Below, in pieces: positions 17,711-26,840 of a stretch of 64,000 bases of DNA. Within the stretch, counting starts at the first letter, position 1. Every line of letters starts with the position of its first letter. Location of the stretch: IMG/VR virus record IMGVR_UViG_3300003324_000863, positions 2,170 to 66,169 of that record. One strand, 5' to 3'. The translations under genes were made by a program, and so were the position numbers. The DNA comes from a virus (taxonomy: Duplodnaviria; Caudoviricetes). The notes under the pieces are model-generated. The model searched no databases. It was given only the letters and a program-made list of their open reading frames with translations, and had not been told where the DNA came from.

Positions 17711-19096
17711 ATGTTCGGCTCCCGCTTCGGCAGTATTCGCGCCCGCCTCGGCCTCTCCCGTCTTGGGGCGCTTCCAGGCGGCCTTCCCTTCCGCGAGGCC
17801 GCGCTCCGCTTCCATCTCGACCTCAAGACCGTGCATTCGGCTGTCCGCTTCAACCTGGCGAAGACGAAGGACGCGGCGACCCGGTTCCAGCTCAAGAAGA
17901 CGGCGGACGTTGCCGAGCGCTTCAAGCTCCAAGCCCAGGGCTACAAGGACGTCGCCACACGGGTCGCCTTCACCCTCGCTGGCGGTCCGACCACCGCCAA
18001 CATCCTCTACTTCCGCAACCAGGCGCAGCGCTCCGACCTGGTGCCGACCGCCGGGACGCACTCTGGCCTTTCCGCGTCGGTCGCCAACAGCGGCAGCCCC
18101 TTCGAGGACCGGATGCTGAGTCCGCAGAAAGGGCCGAGCGGTGGGCAGACGAGCTTCGCGATCTTCTCGACGACCGGGACACGGAACTTCTACATGGCGC
18201 GCGGGACGAGTGGGCCGCTCAAAGCGCAGCATGTGAACGCGGGCAACTGGATCACCGGGGTCGGCCAGAAGGTCGGCAACACCTTCATCGAGATGGCGAG
18301 TTGCGATGCGATCTACATCTGGCGGCCGTCCACGAGCAGCGTCGTCGCCACCATCCGTTCGAGCCTCGGCAACGCCAGTTCCCCACCGAACGACAACGCC
18401 GAAGATTGGTACATCAACGTCTACACCGGCCTGAACGGCGGCGCGGGGCCAGCGTTCGATACGCAGGATGGCGACGTGCTGGTGTGGGAGGTCTGGTTCT
18501 CCGGCTCCTACGCGGTCACCACCGGCAACACGACCTTCTTCTTCAACGGGTCCGATGCCTCGAAGGCGAACCGGGCAGCCGTCAGCGACGCCGCGTCGTA
18601 TATCCGGGCCCCGCAGGCCCTCCAGTTCATCAATCCCTCTGATGCCCACATGCGCTTCAAGATGTGGGTTGGGCCGAAGTGGCGCGACACGCAGATGCTC
18701 GTCTGGCTGCGCCTCGGGGGCTACGCCTTCGCGACCATCCGGACGAACCTGGCGCAGTTCTTCTTTCGCGAGACGTCGATGCGCGTGGAGCTGCGGCCGG
18801 GGAACGTGCTCGTCGACGCGGCCATGCGCGCGGTCTATCGTCCGCTGGCCTTCAAGGACCCACAGCTCCGGTTCAACGTTCCCACCTGGACCTACCGGGA
18901 TGCCGGGCTGCGGATCGCGCTCCAGATTCTCAGTGCCATCAAGGATGCACAGATGCGCTGCAACCTGATCCAACCCACCTTTCAGGAGCCTACCGTGCGG
19001 TTCCAGCTTCAGGAAGAGACGTTCCAGGGGCTGGCCCTCCTGGATGAGACCACGGGGCTGCCGATCTGGCAGAAGACCCAAGCGAGTGACTTCTGA
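17711..19096 (+). CDS. putative tail protein with short repeats
   Basis: KD(A/V)xxRFxL-type repeats flank a central globular domain. Confidence 0.65.
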   Translation: MFGSRFGSIRARLGLSRLGALPGGLPFREAALRFHLDLKTVHSAVRFNLAKTKDAATRFQLKKTADVAERFKLQAQGYKDVATRVAFTLAGGPTTANILYFRNQAQRSDLVPTAGTHSGLSASVANSGSPFEDRMLSPQKGPSGGQTSFAIFSTTGTRNFYMARGTSGPLKAQHVNAGNWITGVGQKVGNTFIEMASCDAIYIWRPSTSSVVATIRSSLGNASSPPNDNAEDWYINVYTGLNGGAGPAFDTQDGDVLVWEVWFSGSYAVTTGNTTFFFNGSDASKANRAAVSDAASYIRAPQALQFINPSDAHMRFKMWVGPKWRDTQMLVWLRLGGYAFATIRTNLAQFFFRETSMRVELRPGNVLVDAAMRAVYRPLAFKDPQLRFNVPTWTYRDAGLRIALQILSAIKDAQMRCNLIQPTFQEPTVRFQLQEETFQGLALLDETTGLPIWQKTQASDF

Positions 19097-20151
19097 TGGG
19101 ACAGCCGTACAACTACGTCGATGCCGTCCAGGCCCGACTCCTGGTCAGCCCGAACAACTACATCGCCGGCCCGTGGGGATCGGTCTCGCATCCGGCGCAT
19201 CCCATCGTGGGTGGGGATGAGCGCGACTTCTTCGTGGCCAATGGCTCGTCATTCCGACCGACCGAATGGATGCTCGCGCGTCATGCGCCGTTCATTGCGA
19301 ACACCTACTGGGTGTTGACGATCTCCCACCGGAGCTTCTGGGACCTGATTCTCCGCGAGCAGATCAACCCGCTCCTCGACTCGCCTCCATGCCCTTTCCG
19401 GGACGTGTGGCGCACCTTCTGGTCAGAACCAGAGTACTTCTCCTTTTACGCAGGGATCATCAGCAGCCTCTGCCCGGTGATCCTCTCGCCAGCAGACGGG
19501 TTCGACTCCCACTGTATCCATCATCACAGCACCGACATGCACCATTTCCTCGCGAATTTCCACTTCGAGTATCTGTTCAACCGCACCCCGACGAACCAGA
19601 TCGAATGTCAGGTCACGATGTACGGGGACCCGGACTGCCCGGGGGAAAGTCCCGTCACGCCCGAGGGTGGCCCCCTCGCGACGCCGACGCTCTCGACGCA
19701 GGTCACGAATGCGACGGTGGGCATCAACACGCCCTTCCGGGACACGATCACGCTCGGCGGCGGCAACCGGCCGACGGGCACGATCACGGTCACGCTCTAT
19801 CTGAACGGCGCGCCGATCAGCCAGGAGACGATCCCCATCTCGGGGAACGGTACCTACGCGAGCGGTCTGATCCAGGCGGCGGTCGGGAGCGTCTACAGCT
19901 ACTCGGCCTATTACTCCGGCGATGCGCGCAACAACCCGGTGACGATGGGCTACGGCGACCCGCACGAGCAGACCACCGTCGTGCAGCACGACCAGATCGG
20001 CTACAAGGACGTCCAGCTCCGCATGCACGTCCAGCCGCTGTGCTATGAGGACGTAGGGCTCCGGGCGAACGTCTCGCCCGTTCATCCGGGGATCGGCCAC
20101 TACCAGCCGAGCGATGGATCGCGGATCAAGTACAAACGGACGCATCCATGA
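19096..20151 (+). CDS. putative tail protein with Ig-like domain
   Basis: PTGTITVTLY..YSYSAYYSGDARN, bacterial Ig-like. Confidence 0.65.
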   Translation: MGQPYNYVDAVQARLLVSPNNYIAGPWGSVSHPAHPIVGGDERDFFVANGSSFRPTEWMLARHAPFIANTYWVLTISHRSFWDLILREQINPLLDSPPCPFRDVWRTFWSEPEYFSFYAGIISSLCPVILSPADGFDSHCIHHHSTDMHHFLANFHFEYLFNRTPTNQIECQVTMYGDPDCPGESPVTPEGGPLATPTLSTQVTNATVGINTPFRDTITLGGGNRPTGTITVTLYLNGAPISQETIPISGNGTYASGLIQAAVGSVYSYSAYYSGDARNNPVTMGYGDPHEQTTVVQHDQIGYKDVQLRMHVQPLCYEDVGLRANVSPVHPGIGHYQPSDGSRIKYKRTHP

Positions 20152-21008
20152 CGCGGATGCAGCGTGGGGACGTCGCGATCGGCGGCGGGCTCGGCTACGA
20201 CGAGGTCATCACCAAGGTCGCCGAGTGGGAGCAGTACCTCCAGGCTTACGATGACGCCCACCTGGACAACCCCATCCTTATCGACAACCCGATGCTGGTA
20301 TCGGGGGCGACGTTCTCCCCCTCAGGGCACCTGTATCTCTCATGCGCTGACCCGACCCAGAACTCGGACTACGACCCCCATGGCATCGTGTGGCTTCCCA
20401 AGGCTCATGCGGGCGCGCAGCTCGCCGTCCTTATTGCCCGAGTCGGGGATACGCTCGAGCTGTGGGAGTACGACTCGACACTGAACGATCCCGTCACGGT
20501 CCATACCGGTCTCGACGTCGATCCTGGATGGAACCGGAAGACCTACACCCATCTCGACTGTCTCTCGGACGGCCGCACGATCTACTACACCACGCAGGGG
20601 AAGACGATCTTCCGCTACCACCTGGACGACGGGCAGCTCACCCCGTTCACGCAGCTCGGGCCTGAGGCGCACCACATCTACGCCGACCTCAAGATCGTCC
20701 AGAAGACCGGCCGGGTCCTGGTGGCGATGACCTCGACCGGGCATGGGCCCCGGAACGCCGTGTGTTTCGACTCGAACGGCACCTCGCTCTGGCATGACGA
20801 GATCAACCCGCCCGGCGCGTACAACATCTGGAAGCGGCTTATCGCCGATGGCTCGCTCGTCAATGACGTCGCCCAGGGGGTGCCGGAGGGGAAGTTCGAG
20901 GTGTCCCTGGCGCCTGGAGTTGCGGGGGTCGGGAACAATGCCGAGGTGTTCAGTCTCGCGTGCTGGCTCCAGGGCACGTTCGGAGCCCACATCACCGTGC
21001 TCGGTTAA
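20148..21008 (+). CDS. putative beta-propeller virion protein
   Basis: Blade-like segments FSPSGHLY, SDGRTIYY and DSNGTSLW. Confidence 0.6.
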   Translation: MTRMQRGDVAIGGGLGYDEVITKVAEWEQYLQAYDDAHLDNPILIDNPMLVSGATFSPSGHLYLSCADPTQNSDYDPHGIVWLPKAHAGAQLAVLIARVGDTLELWEYDSTLNDPVTVHTGLDVDPGWNRKTYTHLDCLSDGRTIYYTTQGKTIFRYHLDDGQLTPFTQLGPEAHHIYADLKIVQKTGRVLVAMTSTGHGPRNAVCFDSNGTSLWHDEINPPGAYNIWKRLIADGSLVNDVAQGVPEGKFEVSLAPGVAGVGNNAEVFSLACWLQGTFGAHITVLG

Positions 21009-21030
21009 GCGGCTTAATCACCGTATACTT
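21005..21030 (+). promoter_or_regulatory. palindrome plus -10 promoter box
   Basis: TTAAGCGGCTTAA followed by TATACT. Confidence 0.6.
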
Positions 21031-21065
21031 TAGAGAGAAGGGGAGACCGACCACCGGAGTTCCCC

Positions 21066-21641
21066 TTGCCGCGTGTCTATACGAGTAGGGTCAAGTTCAC
21101 AGCTGGCCTCGAGCTGGAGAACGCCGTCCAAAACCATACCGCGAAGGTCACCCTGACCGACGCGCAGATCAAGGCGCTCCCGACGACGCCGGTGGTGGTG
21201 GTGCCTGCGCCGGGGGCTGGGAAGATGATCTTGCCGGCGACGGCGTTGCTCCGGGTGCAATTCCCATCGGCTCCATCTGGCGGGTATAGCGGGATCGACA
21301 CCGACTTTGCGGCCATCTATCTGCAATACCAGGCCGGGCAGCAGATCGCCGCTGGGGTCATGAACCAGAACTCCCAGTTCACCATGCAGAACCTCAATAC
21401 GCTTCTTGGCGTCGGCGGGGCGACCGACGACACCTGGGCGCTGATCCAGGTGAGCACCATCAACAATGCGGCCGCCGCGATCACCGCATTCGGTTCGCCC
21501 GTCATCGCGGATGGCGGGTCGCCGGTCGACAAGGCCATCGTCATCGCCGGGAACGACAACGTCGCCAGCGCCTGGACCGGCGGCGACCCGGCGAACAGCC
21601 TGAAGGTCACGGTCGTCTATCTGGTGCTGGACCTGTCCTGA
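21066..21641 (+). CDS. putative virion protein
   Basis: TTG start 6 nt after GGAG; AQIKALPTTPV..VPAPGAGK motif seen in phage structural proteins. Confidence 0.65.
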   Translation: MPRVYTSRVKFTAGLELENAVQNHTAKVTLTDAQIKALPTTPVVVVPAPGAGKMILPATALLRVQFPSAPSGGYSGIDTDFAAIYLQYQAGQQIAAGVMNQNSQFTMQNLNTLLGVGGATDDTWALIQVSTINNAAAAITAFGSPVIADGGSPVDKAIVIAGNDNVASAWTGGDPANSLKVTVVYLVLDLS

Positions 21642-21659
21642 CCTGGGAACTGCGAGTCC

Positions 21660-21728
21660 GGCTTAATCTGCTATACTAAGGACACACCAGAGGACCGAGG
21701 GCCGGGCGCGAGTCCGGTCCTTTGTCTA
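21660..21728 (+). ncRNA. promoter plus hairpin RNA/terminator, dispersed element copy S3 (type B, long)
   Basis: GGCTTAATCTGCTATACT then AAGGACACACCAGAGGACCG-AGGGCCGGGC-GCGA-GTCCGGTCCT-TTGTCTA. Confidence 0.55.
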
Positions 21729-21800
21729 CCCTGCTTCGGAGAGATCCTCCCGTGATCGCCTTGCTTCCCCTTGCCCTCGCCGCGCTCCTCTTCCGACGGC

Positions 21801-23420
21801 CTACCCAGCGTCGGGTGGCGCTCCTGAAGATGGCGGCGGCGGGAGTCCTATCCGTGTCCGCAGCTCGGGATCTACAGGAATGCCGCAGTACTGGCAGCTC
21901 ACCCCGGCCCAGTCCCCGGTCAGTGACGTGTCCGTGATGGGGTTGCCGCAGTAGTCGCAGACCACGCAGCTCTGGGCGTACGCGCTCATCAGGTCCTGGA
22001 AGCTCCGCCCCTCCATCCAGAAGGCCATGGCCACGGCGTCCCCCGCGTCCGTTGACCGTCCGAGCCGTTTCCGGATGTGCTCCTTATCCTCGACGCGGAT
22101 CTTGCCCCCGGGCATCAGGTCGTAGGTTGGGGTGATCAGGTCGTAGGTCAGCTTCTCATCCGGGGGGAGCGCCAGGTCCTCGCCATGCACGGGGTCGAGC
22201 ATCTCTCGCAGGTGCCACCACATCTCGCTCCGCTTATTCGAGAACCCGAGCTCCCGCGTCCGGTCCTTGGCGGTGCTCTTCTGGCTGGCCACGAACGCGA
22301 CGTGCTCGATGCCCGCCCGCTGCAGGCTCTCCACCACGCCCGTGCCGATCCCGATGGCGTCCACCACCGCGATGCCGCCGTGCGCCTTCACCATCCCCGT
22401 GACGATGTCTGCAAGGGTGAGGGTATTGCCAGTGTTGGGCTTTCGCAGCTCGGTGATGGTGTGGCCCACACGAGGAGCCAGGACAGACTCGTCATGAGAC
22501 AGACCAACGTCAACGCCGAGACTGTCCATGCGATCAAGAGGAACGAACCCGCTATCACCAGCCTGCAGCTCCCACCGCCGGTTTGCGGCCTCCACCCAGC
22601 TGAGCGGGATGACGCCATTCGTCTCATCGTGTGCGAACTCCCCCAACACGCGGATCTTGAAGAGCGGGCTCTCCTCACCCCACACCTGCGCGCGCTCGTC
22701 CACCCACTCACGACTTGGGAGATAGGGATAGGACCCGGGATGGGCATACTCGGGCGTCTCCTTGGCGCTCAGGGTGATCGGGTGGTACAGGTGGCGCTGG
22801 CTGTTGAAGGCGTCAAAGAAGTAGCCGCTCGTCTGGGTGGGGTTCCCGATAAGCACTAAATGCGGGTCCTGCCCGGTCAGGGTCGCCTCGATGCCCACGG
22901 CAATGTCCGGGTCGATCCCCGACGCCTCGTCCACGATCACCAGCACATGCGGCGCGTGGATGCCCTGGAACTGCTCGGACGTGGTCGCCGTGAACCCGAT
23001 GATCTTGTGCTGGTCGTTGACGACGTTCGTGTCCTCGAGCTTCAGCTTGAACAGGTTCCCGGGGAGCATCGCGCGGGCGTGCATGGACCGGATGTAGCCC
23101 CACATGGCCACTTCCACCTGCCGCGCCGTTGGCCCCGTCGTCACCACGATCGAGTCATCGAAGGCGTAGTAGAAGGCTAGCGCGGCCATCGCCATGCCCC
23201 GGGTCTTCCCGACCGAGTGGGCGCTCTTCACCGCGACCCGCTTCCGCGAGAATACGGACCGGATGATCTCTTCCTGCCGCGGCCAGGGATCCTCGTGGAG
23301 CACGTCCCGCACCCAGCGCACCGGGTCTTCCCGGATCCGCTCCTGCGCTTCCCGGTGCCCCAGCAGCTCCGCGATCGCCAGGGCTAGCGGATCGACCCGG
23401 GCCTTACTCTGGATAGACAA
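21801..23420 (-). CDS. terL: terminase large subunit
   Basis: SAHSVGKT Walker A, VIVDEASG Walker B, IGNPT, and RNase H-like GVDVG..DAGDA. Confidence 0.92.
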   Translation of the reverse strand: MSIQSKARVDPLALAIAELLGHREAQERIREDPVRWVRDVLHEDPWPRQEEIIRSVFSRKRVAVKSAHSVGKTRGMAMAALAFYYAFDDSIVVTTGPTARQVEVAMWGYIRSMHARAMLPGNLFKLKLEDTNVVNDQHKIIGFTATTSEQFQGIHAPHVLVIVDEASGIDPDIAVGIEATLTGQDPHLVLIGNPTQTSGYFFDAFNSQRHLYHPITLSAKETPEYAHPGSYPYLPSREWVDERAQVWGEESPLFKIRVLGEFAHDETNGVIPLSWVEAANRRWELQAGDSGFVPLDRMDSLGVDVGLSHDESVLAPRVGHTITELRKPNTGNTLTLADIVTGMVKAHGGIAVVDAIGIGTGVVESLQRAGIEHVAFVASQKSTAKDRTRELGFSNKRSEMWWHLREMLDPVHGEDLALPPDEKLTYDLITPTYDLMPGGKIRVEDKEHIRKRLGRSTDAGDAVAMAFWMEGRSFQDLMSAYAQSCVVCDYCGNPITDTSLTGDWAGVSCQYCGIPVDPELRTRIGLPPPPSSGAPPDAG

Positions 23421-23488
23421 AGACCCCGGATCCTTTCGGACGCGGGGCCTCGGCCTTGGGGTGCGTCCTTAGTATAGCAGAATAAGCC
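23414..23488 (-). promoter_or_regulatory. promoter plus hairpin leader of terL, dispersed element copy S4 (type A, long)
   Basis: GGCTTATTCTGCTATACT-AAGGACGCACCCCAAGGCCGAGGC-CCCG..TCC GAAA GGA..CGGG-GTCTTTGTCTA. Confidence 0.65.
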
Positions 23489-23492
23489 GTAC

Positions 23493-23690
23493 TCACAGCC
23501 GTATCCCCCGGTTCACGAGGAACTCCCGCAGCCTCCGTTCCCGCTGCTCGTCTTCACTCAGCGCGGGGTACCAGACGCAGCACTCGCAGCACGCGGCGCC
23601 CGTACAGCCACACGGGCATGCGGGCCACGGGTGCGCATCGAACCATCGCCAGAGGTCGAGCCAGGTCAATCCGTGCAGCGCTCCGTCCAC
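23493..23690 (-). CDS. small Cys-rich protein
   Basis: CPCGC..CCECC. Confidence 0.45.
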   Translation of the reverse strand: MDGALHGLTWLDLWRWFDAHPWPACPCGCTGAACCECCVWYPALSEDEQRERRLREFLVNRGIRL

Positions 23691-24433
23691 TCGTTCTCAT
23701 CCCCATTCACCCGCACGCACGCGCGTTCATGCACATACGGATCGGGCGTCGGGGTCGGGGGCACCTGGGTTGCCGTTGGCGGAACCGCGGTTGCCGTCGG
23801 GGGGACCGGAGTCCTGGTGGGCGTCGGCGGAACAGGCGTTGCCGTCGGCGTGGGGGTATTGGTCGGCGGGGCGATGCCGCCTGACTCCGGCAGGGTGCCG
23901 GCTTCCAGGACCCAGTAGTCCGGATAGGGGCACGTCGTGCAATGGTAATGGCCGAGGGCAGCAACGCTCCACCCCGGCGGGAAATACGCGGGAGCGTACA
24001 GAATACCGTTAAACTCGCCACAGCACGCGTACTGCCAGGTCGAGTACACCCCATACGGGTCCGAGAGGAAGCTCTGCACCCGGGCCTCGCTCACCTGCGC
24101 ATCCGACCGGTAGCCGCAATAGGTGTCCCGCGTCCGTGTATCGCGCCCGAGGCTATCGGTGGCGGTGTAGATGTCCCGGCGCGTCGCCATGTCCTTCGCC
24201 ATCCACGCACCTGCCTGCGCGAGCTGGGGCGACCAGGTGAGCGGGGATTCGCCCACGCCGGTTCGGGTGTTCATGATGTACTGCCAGATCCCAGCGGTCG
24301 TTGGGTCGGACAGGGAAGTGGCCGTCGCGGTGCAGTCCCCCGAAGCCTCGGCGGCTGGCAAGGTCACGGACTGGACGAGGATCGTGCCGCTCGCAATGAT
24401 GCCGAGGGCGGTAAGGACGAGTCGCTTCAACAT
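23666..24433 (-). CDS. secreted CAP/SCP-domain protein with Pro/Thr linker
   Basis: Signal peptide, NTRTGVGESPLTWSPQLAQAG..MA, YWVLEAG and PTATPVPPT repeats. Confidence 0.75.
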   Translation of the reverse strand: MLKRLVLTALGIIASGTILVQSVTLPAAEASGDCTATATSLSDPTTAGIWQYIMNTRTGVGESPLTWSPQLAQAGAWMAKDMATRRDIYTATDSLGRDTRTRDTYCGYRSDAQVSEARVQSFLSDPYGVYSTWQYACCGEFNGILYAPAYFPPGWSVAALGHYHCTTCPYPDYWVLEAGTLPESGGIAPPTNTPTPTATPVPPTPTRTPVPPTATAVPPTATQVPPTPTPDPYVHERACVRVNGDENEWTERCTD

Positions 24434-24446
24434 GGATCTTTCTCCG

Positions 24447-24629
24447 TTACTTCATCACGCACTTGGTCTCAACTCTCGACAGCACGGCTCGGACCATGCC
24501 GTTGTGGAAGTCCACGATGATTGTCATGGACTGCAGATCGTGTTCCGAGTCCGTCAGTTCCTGGCCCAGGCGGAAGGCGATCTCATTGGCCACCTTCTGC
24601 TGGACCTCTTTCACCCGCTCAGTCTTCAA
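24447..24629 (-). CDS. hypothetical protein
   Basis: ORF overlapping the portal stop. Confidence 0.5.
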   Translation of the reverse strand: MKTERVKEVQQKVANEIAFRLGQELTDSEHDLQSMTIIVDFHNGMVRAVLSRVETKCVMK

Positions 24630-26442
24630 GGCCGAGACTCACACACGCATCCGCGATCATCTTCTGGACCCAGACCCGCTCCTCGACCTCGGCCGGCCGA
24701 CTGAGCCACACGTTTCCTAATGCATCGACCACCTCGTCCGGGAGGACGACGGGGTAGAACGGCCGGTCCGCGTGCTTCAGGAGATGGTTCCCGAGGTTCC
24801 CCAGCTCCTTCAGCAGGGCCTTCTTCCGTGCTACCGTCCGGCCATCCGGCACCACCTCCGTCGTTGGCTGATCGCCGGCGCCGGTGCCCACGTTTTCCTC
24901 ATCCTCCGCATCGACCGGAGCAGGCGATCCTGGCGCCTCATGCACCGGCTGCGGCGCCTCGACTTCGGGCAGGGGCTCCCCCGTCGCTGAGGCGAGACTC
25001 ACCACACCCGAGCGGGTCGTCACGAGGAGCATGTTCGCTTCAGGCTCCTCGGCACGGTTCCAGCCGTTCTCTTCCCGGATCTCGTTCCGCGGCCGGAGCC
25101 CCCCAGCGGCATAGATGTTGTCGATCTGCGCCTTCTGCAAGAGGTCCTGCTGACTCAAGCTCAACCACCGGAAGGAGAACCGCCGCTCCCCGATGATGTT
25201 GTGGATGACGAAGTTGAAGATCTCGGCCAGGTAGATGAGCCGCGGCCTGATCGCAATCCGCAGCTGCCGCCTCGTCGACTCTTCCGCCCAGCCGCCACCA
25301 CCCAACCCGCTCTTCGGGCTCAGGTTCATGGACTCCGGGGAGATCGAGTAGGCCATGGAAATAATCCGGATCAGGAACTCATCGAAGCTCAGGTCGTACT
25401 GATGCGGCCGCACCTGCGTGATGTTCCCGCCGCCCGTCGGCACGACCTTGATCCGGTGCTTCCACCCGGGGTCCCCGGCCATCTCCATGTTGATGTTCCG
25501 CTGGTACTCCTTGATCTGCTGCGGGCCCCAGTCCTCGGGCGCGGGGAAGAACATGGCGGGCATATCGCTCTGATCGAAGTACGCCTGGTGGTACTTCTCC
25601 CGGTCCATCCACAGCTTGATCTCATTCAGACAAGATTCCGTTTCTGAGAACCCATAGGGTGTCCACGAGAGCCGGTGGAAGGGCTTGTAGATGATCTGCC
25701 GGCCGGTGAAGTTCTGGACCACGGGGTTCTTCCCATCGCCCAGCTCCTCCTTCACCCACGGGGCAATGAGGTCTGCCCGAGGCGCACCATACAGGTACTG
25801 CTGGAAGGCGGGGGCCGGGGGCTGGGGCCGTCCACCGCGGATGTCACGGAGGGGCTTGATCAGGGTGCCGTCAAGGATCTGGAGGCTGTGGAGACCAGAG
25901 CCGAGAACCCCGGCCGACTGCGCCCGGGTCTTCCGCACGTACACCGAGAGCGCGTCGATGACACTGATCTCCTCCTCGGCCATCTTCACCCAGTCGCTGA
26001 AGGACAACCCCTCGTCCCGATCCGGGTGGGCAAAGAACTCAATGAGCTGCTTCCGGACATCCTCGACCTCCGGCCCCTTCTGATCGTGGTACTCCGGGAG
26101 CAGGACAATGTCCCACTCCATCGAGGCGATCTCGGACTTCCGGACATCAATGGCGCGCCACACCGGGAGCACCATCTTGCTCGTGGCCCGCAAGAGCGCG
26201 AAGGGCACCAGCTTCGTGTATCCGGGCAGGCTGAACTGGTTCCACCCGGGCAGATATTCCGCGAGTCTCGGTTCCCCCGACTCGTCAATCGGGTACGGGT
26301 TGATCGGGATCCCCGGTCCGAACTGCCCGGCAGTAAAGAGCTCCGGCGGTCGGGGCAGGGCCACATCCCCCACGGACGCGGCATCCTGGGGCTCGAGGAT
26401 CTGCTTCGGGGCTTTCTCTAGGAGCCAGCGGGCATCACGCAC
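24619..26442 (-). CDS. portal protein
   Basis: LQILDGTLIKP, AFQQY, PYGFSETE and NEIREENG motifs; 607 aa. Confidence 0.88.
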   Translation of the reverse strand: MRDARWLLEKAPKQILEPQDAASVGDVALPRPPELFTAGQFGPGIPINPYPIDESGEPRLAEYLPGWNQFSLPGYTKLVPFALLRATSKMVLPVWRAIDVRKSEIASMEWDIVLLPEYHDQKGPEVEDVRKQLIEFFAHPDRDEGLSFSDWVKMAEEEISVIDALSVYVRKTRAQSAGVLGSGLHSLQILDGTLIKPLRDIRGGRPQPPAPAFQQYLYGAPRADLIAPWVKEELGDGKNPVVQNFTGRQIIYKPFHRLSWTPYGFSETESCLNEIKLWMDREKYHQAYFDQSDMPAMFFPAPEDWGPQQIKEYQRNINMEMAGDPGWKHRIKVVPTGGGNITQVRPHQYDLSFDEFLIRIISMAYSISPESMNLSPKSGLGGGGWAEESTRRQLRIAIRPRLIYLAEIFNFVIHNIIGERRFSFRWLSLSQQDLLQKAQIDNIYAAGGLRPRNEIREENGWNRAEEPEANMLLVTTRSGVVSLASATGEPLPEVEAPQPVHEAPGSPAPVDAEDEENVGTGAGDQPTTEVVPDGRTVARKKALLKELGNLGNHLLKHADRPFYPVVLPDEVVDALGNVWLSRPAEVEERVWVQKMIADACVSLGLED

Positions 26443-26715
26443 TCATGCCTCGGGGTCCTCTTCCAATTCGACCACGACCCCCCACAGCTCCTCTGATGCC
26501 CCTTCCCAGAACTCGATGCTCTCGATCCGTCCCAGCTCCTGGCCCACGGACGGTGGATAGAACGTTACGTGCTTAATCCGCGGGCAGAAGAACGTATGGA
26601 CACACCCGCACCATCGGCAGACATCGACAACCCCGCCGGGCCCCATGATCCGTCCGTTCTCGTACCGCACGGGGAGCGACGGGCGGGCCTTCGGCTTCGT
26701 CCACGGCCAGTCCAT
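26443..26715 (-). CDS. hypothetical protein
   Basis: CRWCG..H..CPR; AGGAG RBS. Confidence 0.55.
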   Translation of the reverse strand: MDWPWTKPKARPSLPVRYENGRIMGPGGVVDVCRWCGCVHTFFCPRIKHVTFYPPSVGQELGRIESIEFWEGASEELWGVVVELEEDPEA

Positions 26716-26791
26716 ACGTCTCCTGTTTCACTATGCTATCATCTAATTGTAACCGGTTAACTGAATACCTTGTTGAAGCCCACAGGTGTAG

Positions 26792-26831
26792 GAGCGGCTG
26801 TCCTCTTCGGAGGCGGCCGCTCTTTTTGTTT
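26792..26831 (+). terminator. leader terminator before the head operon
   Basis: GAGCGGCTGTCCTC-TTCG-GAGGCGGCCGCTC followed by TTTTTGTTT. Confidence 0.75.
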
Positions 26832-26840
26832 GGGGAGCGA

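Noticed and set aside
23750-23870. Tandem DNA repeats in the CAP gene
   Set aside because: They simply encode the Pro/Thr linker and are not an independent element.
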